The notes under the pieces are model-generated. The model worked only from the letters and a program-made list of their open reading frames with translations. It had not been told where the DNA came from and made no database searches. This document shows positions 1-9,895 of a DNA stretch of 64,000 bases, piece by piece. Every line of letters starts with the position of its first letter. Position 1 is the first letter of the stretch. The DNA is from an uncultured Acidobacteriota bacterium (GTDB taxonomy: Bacteria; Acidobacteriota; UBA6911): the NCBI GenBank assembly GCA_963827655.1, contig CAWHCF010000051.1, forward strand, positions 1 to 64,000, in the 5' to 3' direction. The translations under genes and the position numbers were made by a program.

Positions 1-168
1 ACCAAAGATGTATCCTTGACTTTCCCGGTTGGTTTGCATTACAAGACGCCAGATCAACTGAAAGCGACCAAACGCATTTCGAAGTCCCGGAAGAGGGAGT
101 TCTGTACTTGCCCTCGAGTTCTAACATGACGCTGGATCAAGTACCGGTTCACATGGAGTACAGGACCA

Positions 169-1881
169 ATGCCTCAGTTCTTCCAGACCTATGATCCCCT
201 CGGAAATGTGTGGCTCTCCACGCTGGTAGCAGGGCTGCCGATTTTCGTCCTGCTGTACTTCCTCGCTATCCATCCGCACCGCGACAGCGCCGGACGGCGC
301 CATCTCGGGATTGAGGCGCCCAAGGCGGGCGCCCTGGGCGCTTTGTCGGCCATCCTGGTCGCAATCTTCCTGGTCGGAATGCCGTGGACGTACGCAGTCT
401 CCGCCTGGTTCAACGGCGCCGCCTTCGGCATGCTCGGAATCGGCTGGATCGTCGTGGCCGCAATGTTTCTCTACACCATGACCTTGATCACCGGTCGATT
501 CGAGATCGTCAAGGAGAGCATCACCGGCCTCTCGGCCGACCGTCGTATCCAGGCCATTCTGATTGCCTTTTCGTTCGGTGCATTCATTGAAGGCGCCGCC
601 GGGTTCGGGACGCCGGTCGCGATTGCGGGAGCCATGATGGTCGGCCTCGGCTTTAGCCCGATCTCAGCGGCGGTACTTTGCCTGATCGCCAATACGGCGC
701 CAGTGGCATTCGGAGCCCTTGGAACTCCGATCGTGACTCTGGCCGCAGTCACCGATCTGCCGAAGGACGCCCTCTCGGCCATGGCGGGACGACAGCTTCC
801 CCCCTTCTCACTCCTGATACCGCTCTGGCTCACCGCCACGATGGTCTTCATGAACAAAGGCAAATGGCGCGACGTCACAGAGGTCTGGCCGGCCATCCTC
901 GTGGCGGGGGGTAGCTTCGCGGCCACTCAGTTCTGGGTTTCCAATTACATCGGACCCGAGCTGACCGATATCCTCGGTGGAGTCATTTCAATGGCCTCAC
1001 TGGCGGGGCTCATGCTGGTGTGGAAACCCAAAAGATCTTTTCTTCTTGAAGGCGACACTCCCGTTCAGGGAACCGGCAAATACGTCGCAAAACACTCGAC
1101 GCGGGAAACTGTGCAAGCATGGACGCCATGGGTGATCTTGACTCTCGTTGTCTTCTTTTGGGGGCTCCCGCCTGTGAAGGCCGCCCTGAATAAAGTGACC
1201 CTCTCGTTCCCCTGGCCCTACGTGCATGGACTGGTCCTCCGAACGCCCCCCGTCGTCCCCAAGGTTGAACTGGAAAGAGCGATGTTCAACTTCAACTGGC
1301 TCGCAGCGCCGGGAACCGGGGTTCTGGTAGCCGCACTCGCCACAGGGCTCTTCCTGGGTCTCTCAAAGGATCAGTGGATTCATGCCGTAAGGCGCACCGC
1401 GCAGCGCATGAAAGTTCCCTTGTTGACCATCGGTCTGGTACTGGGACTTGGATACGTCACGAGATATTCCGGAACAGACGCGATTCTTGGTCTGGCTTTC
1501 ACCAAGACAGGCGTGCTCTATCCATTTTTTGCCGCGGTGCTCGGCTGGCTGGGTGTCTTCCTGACCGGCTCTGATACCTCTTCGAACGCGCTGTTCGGCT
1601 CGCTGCAGAAAATCACGGCTCAGCAGTTGAATCTTGACCCGGTATTAATTGCCTCCGCAAATTCGACCGGCGGCGTCATGGGGAAGATGATCGACGCGCA
1701 ATCGATCGTGGTAGCCACCGCCGCCTGCTACGAGGACCGTACCGAGGGCGCCAATGCCGTAGGACCGATCTTTCGCAAGGTGGTCTGGCACTCGATCGCG
1801 CTGATCATATTGATGGGCCTCCTCATTCTGGCGCAGGCCGGCCCGTTGAGCTGGATGATCCCCGAATACACGTTAAAGTAA
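169..1881 (+). CDS. lctP: L-lactate permease (LctP family)
   Basis: 570 aa polytopic membrane protein with LctP-type motifs FIEGAAGFGTPVAI, ANTAPVAFGALG, LTGSDTSSNALFG, GGVMGKMI. Confidence 0.9.
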   Translation: MPQFFQTYDPLGNVWLSTLVAGLPIFVLLYFLAIHPHRDSAGRRHLGIEAPKAGALGALSAILVAIFLVGMPWTYAVSAWFNGAAFGMLGIGWIVVAAMFLYTMTLITGRFEIVKESITGLSADRRIQAILIAFSFGAFIEGAAGFGTPVAIAGAMMVGLGFSPISAAVLCLIANTAPVAFGALGTPIVTLAAVTDLPKDALSAMAGRQLPPFSLLIPLWLTATMVFMNKGKWRDVTEVWPAILVAGGSFAATQFWVSNYIGPELTDILGGVISMASLAGLMLVWKPKRSFLLEGDTPVQGTGKYVAKHSTRETVQAWTPWVILTLVVFFWGLPPVKAALNKVTLSFPWPYVHGLVLRTPPVVPKVELERAMFNFNWLAAPGTGVLVAALATGLFLGLSKDQWIHAVRRTAQRMKVPLLTIGLVLGLGYVTRYSGTDAILGLAFTKTGVLYPFFAAVLGWLGVFLTGSDTSSNALFGSLQKITAQQLNLDPVLIASANSTGGVMGKMIDAQSIVVATAACYEDRTEGANAVGPIFRKVVWHSIALIILMGLLILAQAGPLSWMIPEYTLK

Positions 1882-1914
1882 CCTCACCGCGAAGACTCAA
1901 AACGCGGCCGTGGC

Positions 1915-3100
1915 CTACTGTTTCCAGACCACGTCGGGCCAGCGATAACTCCCCGGCTTGACCGTCAAGAGGCGCCGGCGCTCACCCTGTACCTCGAGTG
2001 AAACCACACCAGGCGCAAGTTCCCGCTCCACTTTCATCCGCGTCCAACCCAGCCGCCGGATCAATGCTGAAGCGGTGTAGCCGCCCTCAACATAGAGATG
2101 GTCGACCGACGCGCGGCCGAGTAAGAGCTCGACGGCGTCGAGCAGGTCATTGACAAGAGTGCCCGGTCCCTCCGGGTCCCGGGGCGAATCCGAGTCGATA
2201 CACAGGAGAACCTGGCGGTGCGCGGCCAGCGCTGCGGCCGCGGCTTCGGTCCATGCCGGAAGCAAATCCGCCGGCGGCCCACCTGGGGCGCGGCGGCCCT
2301 GGGGCACGAACAAGACCGGAATGCCGCGCCGTTCAGACTCGTGGCGGAGCGCGCGGCTCTGAGCGGAAGCGCTCCCGCAAACGAAGAGCGCGTTGCCGCG
2401 TACCATTCCACTCGATGGGGAAGCAGCCTGCTCGGCGTTCCGGCCCAGCCTGGTCTCGAGTATCCTGGCAAAAAACTCGGCTGCGCCGGCGGGCAGCGTG
2501 TGATCGTCGAGCCGCCGGGCCCAGGCCGTCACGTCGCTGACGCTGGCGGCCTCGCCCAGGATGATTCCACGCTCGGGAAGGCTATCTTGCGGGCGCAGGA
2601 CGGCGACCTCGGACGTACCCAGGATTCTCCGGACGTCCGGAGACCGCGCAGGATACTCCGGGTCTTTGCCGAAGTCGGTTTTGTCGATCGGCTCTCCATC
2701 GATGAAGTAGCAACCCCCGCGGATCACGCGACCCAGGGAAGGATTGGCAGGGACGAGCAATGCCCGGCGCATTCCCAGGGCATCGAGCACGGCCTCGATT
2801 TCCGCCACGACCGGCCCGCGCAGCACAGAATCGATCTTCTTGTAGACCCAGGAGACAGTACTGATCCGGATCTGCTCGGCCAGCTTGCCGGCATTTTGAG
2901 CGGCATCCTGCGGACGGTAGTGAACGCGTATCGGCATCGATAACGATTACGCCGGTCTCGCTGGCGGCGGTCCAGGCCGTCTGTACTTCCGCTGCAAGCC
3001 CGTAACGGACTGCGACGCCTCCGATTTCTGCTGCGCCGGTGAGGTCGTCGGCGATGACGGCAATGGGGCCGGATCTGATGGCGTGGTGCTCGGGTCGCAT
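1915..3100 (-). CDS. Four-carbon acid-sugar kinase family (DUF1537/DtnK-like), one frameshift near 2915-2935
   Basis: N-terminal IADDLTGA...DTRS in ORF 2582..3100; YKKIDSVLRG, GSASAQS, EGGYTA, VKPGS in ORF 1915..2937; adjacent to pdxA. Confidence 0.85.
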
Positions 3101-3154
3101 TCGCGATTCTTTGTGTCGCGAGTGTGGGTAAAGATTCTTCGCGGTTCGTGCGGT

Positions 3155-4180
3155 TCAGGTTCTCAACGCAAGCGGCTTCTGGGCGCCGGCCAGGCGGGCT
3201 GCCCACAACACCGCCTGGATCATGCTTTTGTCGTCGGCCCGTCCGCTCCAGGCAATGTCGAAGGCCGTCCCGTGATCGACCGACGTTCGAATAATCGGCA
3301 ACCCGAGGGTGATGTTCACGCCTTTATCAAAAGCGAGCATTTTGAAGGGTATGTGTCCCTGATCGTGGTACATGCAAACAAAAGCGTCGACCTTCTTGCG
3401 CCGATCGGGCAGGAATGCGGCGTCCGGCGAGATTGGACCTTCGACGTTGATTCCTCGGGCTCGGGCGGCCTCGACAGCCGGTCCTATGACTTTTTCCTCC
3501 TCCTGAAAACCGAACAGGCCGTGTTCCCCCGAGTGGGGATTGAGACCGCAAACAACAATGCTGGCGGCCTGGCCTCGGAGCCGCATCATGGCCTCGGCGG
3601 TAAGCTCGATCACGTCCAGGATCCTGGGCGTATTCAGCTCGCGCGGGACATCGGCGAAACCAATGTGTCCGGTCACGAAGCTAGTTGTGATTTCATCGGA
3701 GGCGAGCATCATACAAGCACGCTTTGCGCCTGTGAGCGCAGCAAAGATTTCCGTGTGTCCGGGGTAAGGGACGCTTGCCAGGCGAAGCGCCTCCTTGTGC
3801 ACCGGCGCCGTTGCGACCGCCGCGACCTGGGCGCCGAGCGCTGATTCGATCGCGGCTTCGATGTATCGGTATGCGGCTCGCCCGCAAGCGGCACTGACCT
3901 CTCCGGGCCGGACGGCTGCGGCATCCACCGCCGAGCAGTCTATGACGGCGGCTGTGCGCGCTTCCGGGCGCGATTTCCACTCGGATTCCGCCAGGACCTG
4001 CTCGGGGGGCGCCAGGCTGCAGGCATTTGCCACGCGCATCAAAATCGCGGCGTCGCCGAAGACCACCGGTACGCATTCCGCCAGGACGGCCGGCTCCGTC
4101 AGCATGCGCAGGGACAATTCCGGGCCGATGCCGGCCGGATCGCCCATCGTGATAGCGACTACGGGTAAGGCCCACGTCAT
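3155..4180 (-). CDS. pdxA: 4-hydroxythreonine-4-phosphate dehydrogenase family (PdxA/PdxA2)
   Basis: Motifs TMGDPAGIGPE, GHTE, GLNPHSGE, MYHDQGHIPFK, RTSVDHGTAFDIA; ATG 4180 with GGAGGA RBS. Confidence 0.93.
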   Translation of the reverse strand: MTWALPVVAITMGDPAGIGPELSLRMLTEPAVLAECVPVVFGDAAILMRVANACSLAPPEQVLAESEWKSRPEARTAAVIDCSAVDAAAVRPGEVSAACGRAAYRYIEAAIESALGAQVAAVATAPVHKEALRLASVPYPGHTEIFAALTGAKRACMMLASDEITTSFVTGHIGFADVPRELNTPRILDVIELTAEAMMRLRGQAASIVVCGLNPHSGEHGLFGFQEEEKVIGPAVEAARARGINVEGPISPDAAFLPDRRKKVDAFVCMYHDQGHIPFKMLAFDKGVNITLGLPIIRTSVDHGTAFDIAWSGRADDKSMIQAVLWAARLAGAQKPLALRT

Positions 4181-4282
4181 TTCCTCCACCAATCGGGCGC
4201 CTCGTCAACCACAGTCAGTGACGAAGACGATTCCGGCAATATATCAGAAGTGACGAGCGCTGTGCTAAGATCCGAGAAACCT

Positions 4283-4567
4283 ATGGTTCGCGAGCCTAGC
4301 CTGGAAATTGAATACTGCACGCAGTGCCGCTGGCTCTTGCGCGCCGCCTGGATGGCCCAGGAACTCCTGACCACTTTCGAGGCGGAACTCGGGGAAGTTG
4401 CCCTGGTGCCGGGCAAGGGAGGTATCTTCGAGGTCCGGTTGAACGGAGAACCGATCTTTTCGCGCGGCGAGCTGGGCCGTTTTCCGGAGTCCAAGGAACT
4501 GAAGCAACTGGTGCGGGATCGCATTGCGCCGGAGAGATCCCTCGGCCACAGCGATAGGAAGGGGTAA
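4283..4567 (+). CDS. SelT/SelW/SelH (Rdx) family protein
   Basis: IEYCTQCRWLLRAAWMAQELLTTF...GGIFEV...FPE pattern with CxxC. Confidence 0.9.
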   Translation: MVREPSLEIEYCTQCRWLLRAAWMAQELLTTFEAELGEVALVPGKGGIFEVRLNGEPIFSRGELGRFPESKELKQLVRDRIAPERSLGHSDRKG

Positions 4568-4643
4568 TTTCCTTCGGGTCTTTGCGACTTGGTGGTGGTC
4601 TCACCGTCAGGTCTCAAAGACGCGAAGAAACGCGAAGAAAACT

Positions 4644-6435
4644 ATGAAGATCAGCAACTACTCACTCAACTATGCGGCGTTAATCGCCGAGCGCACGATG
4701 GACGTCTTCCAGTTTCTGGCGTTATGCCGGGAGCTGGGTCTCGAAGGCGCGAGCCTTCATCTTCAAAACCTGCAGAGCACGCAGCCCGACTACCTGAAAC
4801 AGATCCGGCGAGCCTACCTGGATCACGGGCTCTCGGTCTCGATTTTCACAGTCTCAACCGACTTCGGGCAGCCCGAGGAGAAGCACGAGGAAGAGTTCAA
4901 GAAATTTCGCCAGGCACTCCGGGCGGCAGAGCTTCTGGGCGCGCCCTTGATCCGGGTTTTTCCTGGGTCGCCTCGATCCGAGGCCGATCGGCAAAATGCC
5001 TTCGACCGGGCGGCCGCCGCCGTGCGCCGCGCCTGCGAGGAAGCGGCGCAGGCCGGTGTTCCGATCGGACTGCAGAATCATAATCACGGCGCCTTGTGCC
5101 GAACGGGCGAAGAGGTGATCAGGTTTATCAAGAAGGTCGATCATCCCAATTTCACTTTCGTGCTCGACACGGGACAGTTTGCCGGATCCCAAGGGGCGAG
5201 CGGCCAACCCCCGGCCGAACTGCGCGACGCCAACTTCATGGAGAGCATTCGCCAGACCGCTTCGCTGGCGCGATATGTGCGCGTGAAGTTCTACAGCCCC
5301 GAGACCCGACGGGAGCGAGCCGGCGATACCCTACGACAAAGTCTTCGACATTCTGCAAGGCGTGCACTATTCGGGATTCATCGATATCGTTTACGAACCG
5401 CGCAGAATCGACGGCAAGCCGGGGGAGGATGTGCGCACGGCCATCCCACGGGTGGTCGCTTTTCTTCGCTCCAGGTTACAGACTCCATCCGCCAGACAGC
5501 AGGCGCCGGCGGGGCGGTACGCGGGTCTTGATCCAGGCCGCTACTTCGGCGAGTTGGAGTCGCGAACCGAAACCCAGGTGGCGTTTCTCGAGGGACCTGC
5601 GGTGGACCGTCAGGGAAACTGTTTTTTCACCAACGGCCCGTTAGAACAGATTCTCAAGTGGGATCCTGCTCAGAAAAAACTGACCGTCTTTCGTGAAAAG
5701 AGCAACGGCGCTAACGGACTGAGATTCGACCGAAGCGGCAGGCTCCTCGCCTGCGAGTCAGGCGGGCGCGTCACCCGGACCGAGATGGCGAGCGGCAAGA
5801 TCACAGTCCTGGCGGAGCAGCATCAGGGCAAGGCGCTTGGGGCTCCCAACGATCTGGACATCGATAGTCGGGGTCGGATTTATTTTACCTCCAGGCTGCC
5901 GAATCGCGACCCGAAGGCCGGAAACGTCAACGCCGTTTACCGGATTGATCCGGAGGGCGCGCTGACGCGCATCCTGGCATTACCGGCTATTGATATGCCG
6001 AACGGCATCGTGACTTCTCCGGATGACAAGCTGCTGTACCTGATCGACGCCGATGGCCAGGAGAACCGGGCCCGCCGCATTCGGGTCTACGACCTCAAGC
6101 CCGACGGAACCGTTACGAACGAGCGCCTGCTATACGACTTCTATCCGGGACGGAGCGGAGACGGCATGGCGGTGGACGCCGAGGGAAATCTCTATGTCGC
6201 TGCCGGGCTTCATCGCCCCCGCGGCACAAGCGAGACGCTGGACACGCGGCCGGGAATACACGTCATCTCGCCCCAGGGGAAGCTGCTCGCCTTCTTGGAA
6301 ACGGCGGAGGACACGATCACGAATTGCAGGTTTGGCGGGCCGGATCTCCGCATCCTTTACGTGACGTGCGGAAAACTCCTGTTGAGCATGCGCACGCGCA
6401 TTCCCGGCAAGTCGTCTTACCGGCCCGATACATAA
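4644..6435 (+). CDS. Probable fusion of a sugar-phosphate isomerase/epimerase TIM barrel and an SMP-30/gluconolactonase domain; frameshift near 5297-5301
   Basis: TIM-barrel motifs (IRVFPG, LQNHNH, LDTGQF); removing one base at the CCCC run continues into YSGFIDIVYEP and then SMP-30 motifs EGPA, GANGL, PNDL, PNGI, DGMAVD. Confidence 0.75.
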
Positions 6436-6527
6436 CCCTGCTATGGAGTGCGGTAGCTTGCTTCGCCGCTGGAAGCTGTCGCGAACAGAAGTTTCGCGGG
6501 CGCGGCTACCGCCTTGGACGTACCCAC

Positions 6528-7360
6528 ATGGAATCCGCAACAGAGATCGCTGATCCGGTTAAGGGGGAGGCGGCGCTTCCTGTTTTTTCCCAGCACTACA
6601 TTCCAGAAAAACCACTTTCCGAATTCGTCGGGCTCTTCTGGTATTGGCGGGGTCATCATGTACCGTACTCGAAAGAACGGGTCCTGCCCATGGGAACGGC
6701 AGAACTGGTTATCAGTCTCGGCGTGGGACGTCAGGGGCCGGGATTTCCGGTCCGCAGTCCAAGTCCGTCATAATCCAGAGAACTTCGCACGACGAACTTC
6801 TCGGCATTCATTTCAACCCGGGTGGCGCTTTCCCGTTTCTCGGACTTCCCTCTGGCAATCTACAAGGCCTCAATATCTCTCTGTCCGATCTTTGGGGAGA
6901 GGGAGAAGCCGGACAATTGCTCTGTCTTCTTCACGAGGCAACAACAGTCGAAATGAAGTTTCGGGTTCTTGAAAAATGGCTGATGCGGATTGCCTGCCGG
7001 CCACTGAAACATCATCCGGCAGTGTCATTCGCCATCAGGGAATTTCAGAGGGATCCCGGCTTGCTCTCCAGCGCGGCCGTGGCCGAGAAAACCAATCTCA
7101 GCCAGCGGCGGTTCATTCAACTGTTTCGAGACGAGGTCGGGCTGACGCCCAAGCTCTTTTGCCGGGTACTGCGGTTCCGAAATGTCATTGGACGGATCCA
7201 AGGGCTGCGCGATGTGGACTGGGTCGATATCGCTCTTTCGTGCGGTTACTTTGATCAATCGCATTTCAATCACGACTTTCGCGAGTTCACTGGTCTGACT
7301 CCTACCGGGTATCTGGAGTTACGCACAGAGCATCCCAGCCACGTCCTCGTTCGTGAATGA
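6528..7360 (+). CDS. AraC-family transcriptional regulator (DUF6597-type N-terminus), frameshift near 6720-6740
   Basis: N-terminal P..PLSEFVGLFW..ERVLPMG; C-terminal HTH LSQRRFIQLFRDEVGLTPK and GYFDQSHFNHDFREFTGLTP. Confidence 0.85.
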
Positions 7361-7452
7361 AGTCAATTTTTTACAATACCCGCCTCTCTTTATCCGTTTA
7401 TATTTCTCGCGAGAGTCAGTTAAGCGATCTTCATGGAGGAGGAAAACAAGAC

Positions 7453-7839
7453 ATGTCCATCACGCCATATCTTTTGTACGAAGATGTCGCCGGGGCCCTG
7501 AACTTTCTGGCGAAGGCGTTTGGTTTCCGAAAGTACGGTGAACAAATGTCGGGACCTGACGGTAAACTCAATCACGCAGCGATGAAACTTGGCGACGACG
7601 TCATCATGATGGGATATCCGGGTCCGAAGTATAAGAACCCGAAGCGGCTCGGCCATGCGACGCAGAGCCTCTACATCAATGTTGACGATGTCGACCAGCA
7701 CTTTGAGCGCGCCAGGAAAGCGGGCGCGACAATCCTCGAAGAGCCTCAAAACACGTTCTACGGCCACCGTCGATACGGCGCAGAAGATCCGGAAGGGCAT
7801 CAGTGGTACTTCGCGCAGGAAATCAAGACCACCGGCTAG
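7453..7839 (+). CDS. VOC/glyoxalase (PhnB-like) family protein
   Basis: ITPYLLYED, FLAKAFG, LYINVDDVD, FYGHRRYGAEDPEGHQW; GGAGGAGG RBS. Confidence 0.9.
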   Translation: MSITPYLLYEDVAGALNFLAKAFGFRKYGEQMSGPDGKLNHAAMKLGDDVIMMGYPGPKYKNPKRLGHATQSLYINVDDVDQHFERARKAGATILEEPQNTFYGHRRYGAEDPEGHQWYFAQEIKTTG

Positions 7840-7975
7840 AAAAGGCGAGGCTGCGCGACGCTCTTGAAGGCCAACAAGTGAAAATCACGTCTCGTAATTG
7901 CCAACTGACGCAATCAGGAGCGGTAGTGCGGCGATCTCATGCGTGACCGGTTGGTTTAGATAGGAAAGCGCGCTC

Positions 7976-8374
7976 TTATTGAGATACGATTTGTAGGTCT
8001 TCGATCATCTCGAAGTGACGGCGATTGTTCGTCAGCAAGATAAGCCCGTAACGCAGTGCTGTAGCGCCAATCAGCAAGTCAACGTCACCGATGAGCTTCT
8101 TCATCGCCCGCAAACGCCCTCGTTCTTTCCCGAATCGTCTGCACACTTCCTCATCAAGCGGCAGAACGCTTACGGTTCGGAGGAAATCGCTCAGACCTTG
8201 CTCGCTGCCTACTGGGTCGCGAGAGTAGAAAACCCCCTCCCACAACTCCGCGAGGGACACTATGGATAGGCCGATGCCCTCAGGGTGGAGTTCGGCGAGT
8301 CGCTGAACAACGTTCTGCTGGCCATTCATATAGTGAATAGTCCAATCCGTATCAACCAGATACCGGAGACTCAT
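7976..8374 (-). CDS. vapC: VapC-family PIN-domain toxin
   Basis: YLVDTD, SLAELWEG, DLLIGATAL, LLTNNRRHF PIN motifs; 4 nt overlap with the upstream small gene. Confidence 0.9.
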   Translation of the reverse strand: MSLRYLVDTDWTIHYMNGQQNVVQRLAELHPEGIGLSIVSLAELWEGVFYSRDPVGSEQGLSDFLRTVSVLPLDEEVCRRFGKERGRLRAMKKLIGDVDLLIGATALRYGLILLTNNRRHFEMIEDLQIVSQ

Positions 8375-8619
8375 AGCTCAGGTGTCGGTCGGGTTGAAAT
8401 TAGCCGATCTGCATAGATGCTACGGATCAGTTCTTCGGCATCCACCTTGCCCCGCCAGCTGCCTGCGGCTCTGCGGAATGCTTCAACATCTTGGGCGGAA
8501 GGCTCCTTCATGATGGTAAGTGTAACCTCTTCCCCCTCAGGAAGATCAATATGCTCCATCGGCTCCAGCACGCCGCCCTTGAAGCGGGCGCGAATCGTCT
8601 TGGTCACTGCGGCCTCCAC
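8371..8619 (-). CDS. Antitoxin, AF2212/DUF104-like
   Basis: TIRARFKGGVLEPMEHIDLPEGEEV pattern; translationally coupled upstream of the PIN toxin. Confidence 0.8.
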   Translation of the reverse strand: MEAAVTKTIRARFKGGVLEPMEHIDLPEGEEVTLTIMKEPSAQDVEAFRRAAGSWRGKVDAEELIRSIYADRLISTRPTPEL

Positions 8620-8659
8620 TCCTCTATTGTAATAGTACGCATCAGGACAGCTGCTTTGC

Positions 8660-8721
8660 TGTCTTCGTGGTTAGTGCTGCGAAACAAATAACCACGAAGA
8701 CACGAAGACTCGAAGAAACAC
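8660..8721 (+). repeat. 8-nt-period REP-like hairpin element (family C)
   Basis: Perfect 14 bp stem TGTCTTCGTGGTTA/TAACCACGAAGACA followed by ACNCGAAG units; close copies at 20481, 55307 and 58700. Confidence 0.85.
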
Positions 8722-8731
8722 TAGGAGGTTC

Positions 8732-9850
8732 TCATCCTGCCGAAGCCTTCAAACCGAGGCCCAGAACCTCCCTGCAATACTTGATGCTGCGTTCCAGTTC
8801 TGACTTCTGGAATCGCTGCTCGGCCGCCTTTCGATCTTCACCCTCGGGTAGCTTGAAGCGCTCAATCGGCTTGCCTCGCTTCGCCAGCGCGACAAAGCGC
8901 GCGAACTCGCCGGCGCGAGCCTTCGGGTAAGGTTTCCAGAACTCCTCCTTGAGATACGGTACGGCGCGAGGAGAGCCGGAAATGATCTCGAGCTGAATGG
9001 GAACACCCGGGCAGAGCTGTGCGAATCTCTCGATGAACCGCTTGAAGTCGACGTTCCCCTCGCCCATAGCAGTCCATTGGACCACCGCACCGTCGGCGGT
9101 TTCCCAGACGGCAGAGTCGCGGATGCCGGTCGTGACCGCGTACGGGCCCAGAATTTCGAGATTCGAGAGGGGGTCTTCCAGGGTCCAGGTGGCGTTGCCG
9201 GAATCGAGAGTCGCACCCACATAGTCCCGCCCGGCTTCTTCGATCAGTGTCACAAGCTCCCAGGCCTGCATGTCGCCGGCGTGGTTTTCGACGGCGATCT
9301 TCACACCGGAGTCCAGAGCCTGGCCACGCGCGGATTTGCAGACCTGAACCGTCTTCTTTATGTGTCCTTCGATACCCCCTTCAGCTTTACGGTCGTCACC
9401 CACCCCGAGATAGCATCGAGCCACGGGGGAGCCCAGCGCTTTGGCGACGCGGATCGTCAGGGCGAGATGTTCTTCCGCGCTGCCAAAGCGATTGCTGAAG
9501 CTCTTGGACGAAGGGCAGATGCTTCCGGTTCCCGCGTGAATCTCGATCCCGAGATCCGACGCTCGTGAGCGGATCCCTGCCAGATAGGCCTGGTCATGGC
9601 TTTCGTAAACGTCGAGGTCGGACAGGAGCACCGTGTCGACGCCGAGCGAAGAGGCGTAGTCCAGAAGCTGCGGAGCTTTCCAGCCCAGTGCCCGGATAGA
9701 GAAATTGTCGAAGCCAAGCTTGATGCGCTGCGGCGCGGGGCGGGGCGTTCGCTGTTCGGCCGAAGCAGGCGCGGCAGAAGCGAGACTCCCGCTCATTGCA
9801 AGCAACTTCATAAAATCCCTCCGAGGAAGCGGTAAACGTCGGAATTCCAT
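8732..9850 (-). CDS. Tat-exported sugar-phosphate isomerase/epimerase TIM-barrel protein
   Basis: PRRDFMK twin-arginine signal; [27 protein letters not shown] motifs. Confidence 0.85.
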   Translation of the reverse strand: MEFRRLPLPRRDFMKLLAMSGSLASAAPASAEQRTPRPAPQRIKLGFDNFSIRALGWKAPQLLDYASSLGVDTVLLSDLDVYESHDQAYLAGIRSRASDLGIEIHAGTGSICPSSKSFSNRFGSAEEHLALTIRVAKALGSPVARCYLGVGDDRKAEGGIEGHIKKTVQVCKSARGQALDSGVKIAVENHAGDMQAWELVTLIEEAGRDYVGATLDSGNATWTLEDPLSNLEILGPYAVTTGIRDSAVWETADGAVVQWTAMGEGNVDFKRFIERFAQLCPGVPIQLEIISGSPRAVPYLKEEFWKPYPKARAGEFARFVALAKRGKPIERFKLPEGEDRKAAEQRFQKSELERSIKYCREVLGLGLKASAG

Positions 9851-9895
9851 AAGCGCTAACCGCAAAGACGCCGAGACTCAAAGAAGGGCAGTTGC

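Noticed and set aside
4283-4567. Selenoprotein
   Set aside because: The motif is CTQC with ordinary Cys codons and no in-frame TGA.
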